DNA of 64,000 nucleotides from Setoptus koraiensis (Eukaryota; Animalia; Arthropoda): NCBI GenBank assembly GCA_048013815.1, contig CM106586.1, positions 21,266,001 to 21,330,000 of the forward strand, read 5' to 3'. Shown piece by piece: positions 54,597 to 64,000 of this stretch (position 1 is its first letter; each line of letters starts with the position of its first letter). The notes under the pieces were generated by a model. It saw only the letters and a program-made list of their open reading frames with translations, ran no database searches and was not told where the DNA came from. The position numbers and the translations under genes were made by a program.

Positions 54597-57500
54597 ACTG
54601 ACAACCGGGCCCCCATTTAGACCATTCGGACCGTTGGCACCAATTGGGCCGTTGCCACTGTTTGGCTGGCATTAGCGCGTGCCGGCGCCGGACCTGTCCG
54701 AGTCGCTTGTGCGCCCTATACTGGCTATTATGGGCGCCTACAAGAGGCGCATAATTGCACTGAGCCGCCGATAGGCCGCCGCTGATGCGCCGCCGATGCA
54801 TTAGCCGACGCGAGCCCGTTGAAAGCGCGAGCTCGATGCTGGCCTCGGCGGGGCCCCAATCAGGCCACTGCTGGCCGACAGCGAGCGCCGACAGCGTAAT
54901 TTGCATGGCCAGCACTGTTGTTGATGCAGCCAGATTGGTCTGGTGGCGCGCCAGCGGCCCAGCTCCGAACCGCTTGGCCGAGCCACCGGGGCCCCCGGAC
55001 GCTGATGCGAACAGGCTGGCCACAATCAGCGAGCTGGCCAAACTGTTCACATGGTCGCACAGTGTGATTTGAACTTTCGACTCGAAACTGTCGAGGGCTC
55101 GCCGTAGCGGATGAATTTATTGTCGTGTCGCATGTCGTGTCGCTTGTTGTAACTCGCGTGTCGCTCGTCGTATGTCGCATGTCGCGCATGTCGTGTGCCG
55201 TTTGTTGTGACGTAATTTGCACACACACACACACGCACACGCACGCACACGCTCTAATAGAAACAGCCCGCTCGTGTGCGTGCGTGTCGGTGTGTGCCGT
55301 TGTAAACGGCGTCGGTACAAACAATTCGCGCACAATTGCGTCCTCTACCGACAGTCTCATCATAGTGTGACGCGCGGCCCGACGGTCGGCGGCCCGACGG
55401 CGTGACGGGCCACGGGCCGGCCATTGGCTAACTGCGTCGACAGTCTTACTGGCTCACTCGCTGGCTGTCATCGGGCTCTGACGTAATGATGAGTCAGATG
55501 ATGGCTGACTGACTGGCTGACGGGCTGGCTGGCTGGCGCGTATCGACGGCCGTACACGCTTCACTTGTTCGGGCACGCGACACCAAATGCAATTGTTGTC
55601 GCGTTGTTTCTTCATTTGGCTCACACTGGCGCTGCCGACAACCACTACATTGGCAGCGCACTTTGTGCCCCTGGTGCATGCGAGCTAAAACACAAACAGT
55701 TGCACCACCACACAACAAACAAGCGATCGTCGGGCAACGGCCGATAGGTTCGGGCCGGGCCGGGCCGGGCCGGCGCGCCGACATTGCGCAATATGGGGCC
55801 GACGCGGCATGCAAATTGTCGATTGCAAATTGATATGAATATGTCACAACTCGACTCGTCAACGGACAGGCCGGACAGTGACACCGTTGCACTGTTTGCT
55901 GCTGAGGCCAACGTGGGCGACATTGGCCACCACGCTGTACACACACACACACACACACTCACCACGATAAATGCGTTCACCACGTGCCATATGATTCGCG
56001 TATATATGACGTATATATGACGTACACACAGACTCGTGGCCAGCGACGGCGTGCACGTTCCAATGGCAATTGTCGTCATGATTACGTAATGTTGCCAGTT
56101 GCAACATGTTATGCTGGCTTCGATCAGCATCGGCACACAACGGGCGACATTGCGCACGGCGGCCACGTCGAGGGGCGTGCGCCGCTCCATTTACATAAGT
56201 AGTTGTGTTGTTATTGTTATTGGTCGCGACGCGGCGCCAATGTGACAATCAGCTCGCGGCCCCTTCAAGGGCCCCTCTGTGTGTCGCACATTGCATGCGA
56301 TTTGCTTGCAACGACACCAAATAGCACGACCAAATTGCCAGCCCCTCCCCCCTTTTGAGACGTCGCCAGCGTCTCACGAGTGGGCGCCCCCGATCAGTGG
56401 GCCCCAATCGTCCGCCTGCAGCCACTCGCCCGCTTGCAGCCGCTCGGCGAGTGGCCGAGATGGGGGCGCCGGAAACAGATTTGCTGCACAGTTGGCCAAG
56501 TGGCAGCCAAAGTCCGGCCGTCGCTCGGCCAGCGTATTTATTCGAGCCGGCCGGCGACGCGCACCACACTGCACTTGAGACTGCACTTTGGCCCGCGTGT
56601 GAGACACATCAGCGGGCCAAAGTGATACAAAGTCACCAAGTTTTTATTAATATTTATTATTTCAGCCGTCGGACGAGCCGCTGCCGCAGACAGAGCACTT
56701 GCGGGCCACTCTGGGCCGGGCCTGCGCGGCCATCGGGAGTCGGGATCCGTCGGTTGGAGCGCCAACTGACCCGGCTGGTTTTGCTGGTTCCATTAGCCGT
56801 GCGCCCTGCAAAACTAATGGCCAACTGAGCGCGGGCCGTATCGCACTCGCGAACGATTTCTCGCGTCGAACTCCGATGATCGAAGCGAGAGACACGAGAG
56901 AAATTTTAGGAATTTTTACAATCCTCTCGCTCCCTCTCCCTGTCGCTGTCGCACTGTCTCGTACTGTACAGCAACGGGGTCCGTTATAGTGCCGGTGCCA
57001 ACTCAAATAATGTTGTTGTTGTTGGCGTGGAATGGCTGCTGGCGAGTGAGTGTTTGTAGTGTTAAAGCAGCAAAAAGATAATAACCATGATCGGGCTTTT
57101 CATCAATAATAATCGGCCACTGCGCGTTGTTGTCCGTGCTGGTGCTCATACACACAAGTGAGGATCACACAAGTGCAAACACACACACCGCCACACTCGG
57201 GCTCCAAATGTCTGGCGAGTTTTCCAGCGAACCCGGCCAGCCATTTGGTCAACCGGCCCGCTCCGCTCCGCGCCGGCCCGGCCCGGCCAATGCGCCAATG
57301 AAGCCAGCGACGCCCGGTGCCAGCTTCCATTGGCCACAATGGCACCGGCCGGCGCTGCCGACGACAGGTAATGACAGTTGTCGGTGGCATTTGACCATTT
57401 GTATATTTGTGTGTTTGTTTGCTCGCGCTGTCGTCGCTGTCGCCGCTCATGTCCGCGGTGGCCGGCCGCTGGACACACGGTGTTGACTCGCTGCCACTAA

Positions 57501-58344
57501 CTGGCCTCGTCCGCTGCCGGCCCTTCTCGCGCCGGGCACAAGTGTCACTGCAGTGACGCTTTCACTGGGCCCGTCCGATAAACATAGGCAAACAATGGAC
57601 AGCGACAGACAGGCCGGCACCAAAGTTGCGCACTCCGGCGCTGGCCGCGCCGGCCGACCGGCACCGAGCGGCGCGGCCGGCGCTCGTTGGCCCTCGTTGG
57701 CCGCACCAGCCAGCCCGCCGCCCGGGGCCGGGGGGGTCGGCACGTAAATAAACACATGCCACGCATTCTATTGTGTGGCCGGCTTGAAATGCAAACCCAG
57801 CCGATCGGACGCCTCGTCTGCGCGAACCTGCGAGCGCTGCGAGCGCCGCGAACGCTTCGAACGCCGCGAACGCTTCGAACGCTTCGAGAGAATCGCCCGC
57901 AATTGTCGGCTCGTCGGGCGCTCGTCGGTCGCTCGTTGGTCGCTCGTTGGTCGCGAACGAGCAAAGCGAGAACTATAATAGAATGCGAGAATTGCGCGCG
58001 CAAACACACGAGCAAACAGCGGTTGCAAGTTGGAAAAGTGGCGACGATTAGCATACCTGCCACCCGCTTGTGCGAATACCTGTCGGTGGCCGATACCTGC
58101 CACCGTCGGCCACGGCTGCTGCGGCCGGCCAATACCTGTGCGAATACCTGTGCGAATGCCTGTGCGGATGCCTGTGCGAATACAGGTGAGCGATAATCGG
58201 AGCTGCGAGGCGACGGGCCTATATTGATGGATCGATATCGGATGATCTGGCGCGCCAACCCGGACCGTGTAACTCCGACTAAATGCTCTACTGTCACTTC
58301 TGCTGCCCGATTTGGCGCAATTATTGCGCATCATTATCTCGTGA

Positions 58345-58452
58345 TGGATATCCACGGTGGCCAACGCTGGATATCCACGCACGCTGGATATCCACGCACG
58401 GCGAATACCCGCGCACGCCGAATATTCACGCACATACGCGCTGAATATTCAT
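58345..58452. repeat. Degenerate 17-bp tandem repeat with GGATATCC/GAATATTC palindromic cores
   Basis: Read directly from the sequence. Confidence 0.85.
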
Positions 58453-59966
58453 GTGCCGCACCGGTGCATCGGTGCGCCAGATGAATATTGAGCAGTGCAG
58501 CACCGTTGGGAAACTAGTAACAAAATCACGGTAAATCACCGACTGGCCACTGTCGCCAGATCAAGACGGCGTGGGAACACGAGCGGGCCACAAGGCCACA
58601 GGCCCGCCGACAGGTGCCTGAGTGTTGCCTGGGTTACCTGAGTCACCTGTGTCCGCGCTGACTCACCACAGCTCAGGCTCACGAGTTGGCGGCGAGTTGG
58701 TGCATGCTGTTGCACAATGGCGGCTGCTTCACGCCGGCGGTTGTTGCTTGATTGTTGTTGCGCAACAGCAACAATTGTTTTTAGCTGGTGGCCGAAGGGT
58801 TGTTGTCGCTGGTGACGCAAGCAACAAGCTGCAACAGTTTGGCCGCCGGCACAAACAAACGGCGCCAAAGCAAAGATTAACGAGCAGCGGTCAGTTTGGT
58901 CAACGGCCACGTTAATGTTGGCGATGTTGCCGGCCAGTCTGGTGTGTGCAGTCTGGCCACATGAGGTGTCGCCAAGTGTCATGGATGAAGCAGTCACAAC
59001 ACAATTATATATTGTAAGTATGGTCGCAACAATCGTAGACAGGGTGGCCGCAATGGGCAGCGTGTGAACTGGGCGCTGGACGACGCGGCGCGGCCACGAT
59101 GACGCAAATGGGATGACATGTTAATTACGACAGTCAGGCAGGCAGGCAGGCAAAGACAAACAGACAACTGCTTGCGATCGGCGTCGCCGGCAACAACCAC
59201 TTCCGATTGGCGCTGGGTGTGTCCGGTGGCGCGGTTTGTTCCGGCGCGAGCGCTCCGCTGGCCGGTCAGTGTGTTTGTCGCGTCGATCGCTTGTTGCCGG
59301 TTGTTGCCGGTTGATGTGCGCGGGCCGCAATCAACAGTGACAGTGACATCACAATTTGACGCTTCCTCTGGCCGGAGCAGCCACGCTGACGCCTGCACGT
59401 GCTCGCGGGGCTGCCCTCGGTGGCGCTGCCCGCCGACTGGCTGGCCGGCCGGCCGGCCGACAGGTAATCGGTCAAGACGAGGTGTTGACGACGGCCGCTC
59501 GGCTGGCAATTATTGTCGGCCATTATTCATCTGGCCGGCGGTTGCAGCGTTGAGCGTCTGGCCGGCCGGCCGGCGTGCGGCGTTCGACAGGCTTCTTCGG
59601 CGCACTGCGACCAATGGATTGGATTATATTGGCAGTTTAGCGGCTGCCATGGTTAACGCGGAATCGGCGCTGCTTCGAACGCTCGATTCGCTCATTATCG
59701 CCATTGTCCCGCGCCGCGCGGTGCCGCGTCTGGTGCAGACCCGGTGCCGCCATGTTGTGCCCACAAACAAACAACAGATACAATACGACGAGATCTAATG
59801 TCGCCGAAGCGCACACACTCGCCGCTGGACAACTGGACACTAACAAATTGTAAATGGCCCGGCAGCGACAGAAAGACGCACAGACAGACAGAGAGACGTT
59901 AGCTGGCCTGGGCGCCAGTGTCGCCATTGTTGCCCTTTCGCGGCAACCCGCTCTCGGGCACGCTCT

Positions 59967-60119
59967 CACCTGAGCTCACCTGGGCTCACCTGAGCCCACC
60001 TGAACTGGCCGCGCTGAGCCCACCTAAACTGGCCCGCGCTGAGCCCACCTAAACTGGCCCGAGCCGAGCCGATCCGATCCGAACTCACCTGTGCGCCGGC
60101 CGCGGCCACTATTCACCTG
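59967..60119. promoter_or_regulatory. Cluster of six CACCTG E-boxes, four of them at exact 10-bp spacing
   Basis: CACCTG at 59967, 59977, 59987, 59997, 60086 and 60114; a regulatory function is inferred, not shown. Confidence 0.35.
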
Positions 60120-60417
60120 TGTGGCGGCGATTAGTGGCCGCGGCCGCTGCAGTGTTTTGCAGCGCCGCCGAAAGGAGCCAACGAGTTTACAATTTATTAT
60201 CATTTTCGATCATCAATTCGACAGAGACTCGCACCAAAACGACACACGGACAGATTGTTATTACTATTGATATTATTATTATTATTCGTTCGTTCGTTCG
60301 TATTAGTATTAAACAGAATTATTGTTGTTGCTGTTGTTTGTGTTCCGTCGTCCTTCGTTTGTTGCCGCTGTTGCCACTAGTGGCAACAGTTTGTTTCTGG
60401 CGCTGCTAGCGACAATC

Positions 60418-62688
60418 TCAGACAGAATTGTTATTATTAGTGTTGTTGGCCAACGAGTTGCTGCTGCTGTTGCCGTTGCCGGCTATTGTTGTGTTGTTGT
60501 ATAGCCACTCCAATGGTTGTGTATGTTGTCCAATAGCGTATTGTGGTTGTCCAATACTGGCATAAGCGGCGGCCTGCTGGTGGTGCGGGTAACGGTTGTG
60601 CTGTGCTACGGCCGCCGCCGCAAACTGATAACCGGCCGGGTACTGATGATATTGAGCCGCTGCCGCAGCCGCAACCGGATGATACTGATGGTGCTGGTGG
60701 TACTGGCCGGCCGAGGCCGCGCCCGAGCTCGTTGTCTGTTGGGCGGCCGCGGCGCCCGCAACCCCGGCAGCGGCCGCATACTGCTGATGCTGTTGCTGCT
60801 GCTGGGCACTTGCTGCCGCTGCGGTGGCGCTGGCCGCGGCCACTGCCGCAACCGTTGACGTTGCGGCCCCAACTGCGCCCGGAGTCAACTGTGGCGAGAC
60901 CGCCGCCTGTTGATGTTCGGCCTGCTGCTGCTGTTGTTGTTGCAATAATAGTTGCTGCTGCTGTTGTGAATGTTGTTGTGAATGTTGTTGTTGTTGCTGC
61001 TGTTGCTGTTGTAAATGCTCAATTGCGTGTGATGGTAGTTGCTGTTGTTGTTGGTGGTGATGGTGGTTACTGTTGTTGTGATGGTGTGAATTGTGATGGT
61101 GGTGGTGATGTTGTGATAGAGCGGGCTGGAGATGCGCCGCCGCCGCTAATGATGCCGTCTGATGAATAGTAAGTTCCGTTGGTGAATGTTGAAGGTGATG
61201 TGACGTGGCCGTCTGCTGCTGCTGTTGCTGCTGTTGTTGTTGTTGTTGCTGTTGAGCCAATAACAGCTCTTGTTGTTGTTGTCTCAATGTGTGTGCCACA
61301 TCCAAATGATTCAGATGTGATGTTGGTGTTTGCACCTGTCCTGCTGTCTGTTGTTGGTGTTGTTGTTGCTGGTGTTGTTGCTGTTGAAGAAGATGCTGGG
61401 GTTGCTGTAGATGATGGTGGTGATGATGTTGTTGTTGTTGCTGTTGTAAATGTACATGCTGTTGTTGTTGTTGTTGTTGTTGCTGTTGTTGTTGTTGTTG
61501 GTGGTGATGATGTTGGTGGTGGAAGTGTTGTGGTTGATGATGCTGTAAATGTTGGTGTTGCTGATGGTGATGGCCCACATGATGAAGACCGGCCAAGCCA
61601 ACAGCTTGACCATTGTTACTGGCGCTCTGGCCAGTTGTGGATGAGGCCAGCGAGGCGCCAGTTGTGGTCACTTGTGATGTTACAGGTGATACGTTTGTTG
61701 ATGAGGTGTTTGTAGATGAGGATTGTGATTGATTTGATGATGTGTTTGATTGATTTGAGGTGGTAGAAGACGAATGTATCGTTCTGGTGCACATTGATTC
61801 GCGCTCATTTTTCGGTCTCTCACATTTAAATCTCTTTTGTCTACGCAAATAACATCCATTTTCAAACATATTACCAGATTCTGGATGCAATGTCCAAAAG
61901 GACCCTTTGCCTGGCTTGTCCGGCGTGCGGGGTATTTTAACAAAGCAATCATTGAATGACAACGAGTGCCTAATGGAGTTTTGCCAGCGTTGCTGATTGT
62001 TCCTATAAAAGGGATAAGCGTCCATTATGTAATGATATATATCGTTTAATGTGAGACATTGTGACGGCGAATCGTGTATGGCTTTATAGATTAAGCTAAT
62101 ATAGGACAAACTCGGTTTAGCCAATCCTGACCTCATGTTGTTGCCGGTCGATTGTTGTTGTTGTTGTTGTTGTTGTTGTGTTGCCGCCACTGTTGCTGGT
62201 GTTGTTGTTGTCGCCGGTGTTGATGCTGTTGTTGTTGCGATTGTTGTTGGTGTTGTAGCAATAGTTGGTGTTGTTGCCGTAGACAATGTGCTGCCTGTTG
62301 GTGTAAGAGATGGCTTTAATTCCAACGGTGTCAACGTTGATTGGTTGTTGTGATGCTGATGTTGAATGTTGTGGTGGTGGTGATGGTGGTGGTGGTGGCT
62401 GAGGAATTGTTGTTGTTGTTGTTGTTGTTGTTGATGATTAGTTGTTGTGGTTGTTGATTGGGCCGCCGCTGCTGCTGCTGCCACCGCTAATGCTGCCGCC
62501 GCTGCTGCCGTCGATTGCGCACTTGTGTTTACACTTGGTACTAACACCTGATGCTGATGTTGTATATGATGATGATGCAATTGCGATTGCTGTTGGTGTA
62601 GTTGCGAATGTTGTTGTTGTTGTTGATGCTGCTGCTGTTGGTGAGGATAGAGTTGATGTTGTTGTTGATGCAACATTAAATTGGTCAT
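60418..62688 (-). CDS. fkh: Forkhead transcription factor FoxA (fork head), intronless and poly-Q/H/A-rich (756 aa)
   Basis: [59 protein letters not shown] is FoxA-diagnostic. Confidence 0.93.
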   Translation of the reverse strand: MTNLMLHQQQHQLYPHQQQQHQQQQQHSQLHQQQSQLHHHHIQHQHQVLVPSVNTSAQSTAAAAAALAVAAAAAAAQSTTTTTNHQQQQQQQQQFLSHHHHHHHHHNIQHQHHNNQSTLTPLELKPSLTPTGSTLSTATTPTIATTPTTIATTTASTPATTTTPATVAATQQQQQQQQQSTGNNMRSGLAKPSLSYISLIYKAIHDSPSQCLTLNDIYHYIMDAYPFYRNNQQRWQNSIRHSLSFNDCFVKIPRTPDKPGKGSFWTLHPESGNMFENGCYLRRQKRFKCERPKNERESMCTRTIHSSSTTSNQSNTSSNQSQSSSTNTSSTNVSPVTSQVTTTGASLASSTTGQSASNNGQAVGLAGLHHVGHHHQQHQHLQHHQPQHFHHQHHHHQQQQQQQQQQQQQQHVHLQQQQQQHHHHHHLQQPQHLLQQQQHQQQQHQQQTAGQVQTPTSHLNHLDVAHTLRQQQQELLLAQQQQQQQQQQQQQQTATSHHLQHSPTELTIHQTASLAAAAHLQPALSQHHHHHHNSHHHNNSNHHHHQQQQQLPSHAIEHLQQQQQQQQQHSQQHSQQQQQLLLQQQQQQQAEHQQAAVSPQLTPGAVGAATSTVAAVAAASATAAAASAQQQQQHQQYAAAAGVAGAAAAQQTTSSGAASAGQYHQHHQYHPVAAAAAAQYHQYPAGYQFAAAAVAQHNRYPHHQQAAAYASIGQPQYAIGQHTQPLEWLYNNTTIAGNGNSSSNSLANNTNNNNSV

Positions 62689-62704
62689 GTTGTGTCCGCT
62701 ACTA

Positions 62705-62705
<1 letters not shown>

Positions 62706-62741
<36 letters not shown>
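62706..62741. repeat. (TG)n microsatellite in the FoxA 5' region
   Basis: Read directly from the sequence. Confidence 0.95.
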
Positions 62742-62744
<3 letters not shown>

Positions 62745-63756
62745 TTGTTGTTGCCGCTAGTCGCGCTACTCACTAATTACCTACTACGGGCTGCCACCAA
62801 CTGCTGCTATCGATTGTGTCTAATTACTTGGTGGTGGTGCCGATCTAGACAAATACTCGTGTGTGTCAACTTGATCTCTCTCTCGCTCGCCGCTTTCTAT
62901 AACTTAACGCCAATTGTGTGATAATGCTGCAAAGGTCTATCTGAGACTGAGGCAAATAAACAATGAACAGTAAACAGTGACACTCTCCAGTTTGCCAGCA
63001 AGTCAGTCTAACATCCAGTCAACAGCAACAATCGCGACGACGACGACGACGACGACGACAACAACAACGACACCGCACAATTTTATACACCGATACGATG
63101 GCAAGTTTTGCGCATTGCGCATGCGCTCAACATTCAAATATTCAAATGAACGCTGCGCGTTGGCCCATTGGCGCTCGCTAGTGGCGCCATCTCGGGACAA
63201 CTGGGCAAGCGCGCCAGTGTCCGAAGCGTGCATGAGTCAGTTGTCAGTGCGTTGATCTGCGTATACGATAAATACGGTACATGATGATAATTTTACATAC
63301 TGTAGCTATTGCCAATTGGCAATTATCGCAAATAATGGTGAATAAACGATAATGATAAATAATAAACAACCGTTATCCGTTGCACTGTCTGGCGCAAACA
63401 CAGCGCCGGACATTGGTCGCAGCAGCGGTCGCAAACGACAAGCCTGCCAGCGACGAGCCTGCCAACGACAAGCCTGAAAGGGACGATTCTGAGAGAGGAG
63501 CACAATTGTGAAAGCGACAATCCTGAAAGAGATAGAGTCTCGAGAGTGTAATTAGAGTGTGACGCTCGGGCAACGTTGCCATTGGAGCAGTCCGGCCACC
63601 GTTGGACGGTTGGTGTAGATTTTTATCATTAACACTCTCGCAAATGCTGGCTAATCTCTAATCCAGGCTGGTGTCGTGCTGGCATGTTTGCCATTGTGTT
63701 TGTTGTGGCCAACAGGCGATTTTCGATCGCGCTCGGCCGTTATTTGCGGTTGTTGT

Positions 63757-63793
<37 letters not shown>

Positions 63794-64000
63794 CAAGTTT
63801 CGACGTACCGTCGAGTAAATAAAACAGATTCACCAGTGTGTGACATATTGTGTGCAACAGCAAACAGTTGTCTGCGTGCTAGGTGAAACACTTGCTGTCG
63901 CGACAATCGCTGAGATACAACGCGCCGTGTTGTATCTCAGCGCAAACAATTACTGTGGCCAAGCAATGGGCAGCAGCATCATGACAAAGCAGCGTCACAT

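Noticed and set aside
58345-58452. Regularly spaced palindromic repeats as a CRISPR-like array
   Set aside because: Eukaryotic context, degenerate 17-bp units without unique spacers, and no cas genes.
39000-60400. Numerous 60-250-aa ORFs in the desert (e.g. 49777..50382, 57545..58297, 59118..59798)
   Set aside because: R/A/P/G-rich translations of GC-rich and repetitive DNA, overlapping in several frames with no domain motifs.
60517-62921. V/L/C-rich ORFs on the + strand over FoxA
   Set aside because: Antisense shadows of CAA/CAG/CAC codon runs.

Overview
Eukaryotic (arthropod) genomic DNA. The long intronless genes, sub-100-nt introns and tight gene packing suggest a compact-genome mite, possibly an eriophyoid; this taxonomic call is inference only. 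The window has two halves. (1) 1-37.4 kb is gene-dense and AT-rich. It holds a tandem array of four paralogues of an unrecognised small secreted acidic protein, followed by RagA/B, TAF4, a divergent truncated Roquin-like RING-ROQ gene, two near-identical LSm14 genes in a ~5.8-kb inverted duplication, a KIAA1143/DUF4604 homologue, a WW-like/multi-CUE-like protein, a kainate-type iGluR, PPM1A/B, YJU2, SNX3, PPP4R2, a MULE/FLYWCH transposase ORF, an SNX3 pseudogene, an SLC35A/senju-like transporter and a class II CPD photolyase. (2) 37.4-60.4 kb is a GC/CpG-richer gene desert full of micro/minisatellites and short inverted repeats, followed by an intronless, Q/H-rich FoxA (fork head) gene. The strongest novelty candidate is the secreted-protein array (candidate salivary effectors with a mosaic, hypervariable N-terminus). 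Several local duplications also appear to have copied promoters from one gene to another. No rRNA, tRNA or CRISPR array was recognised.
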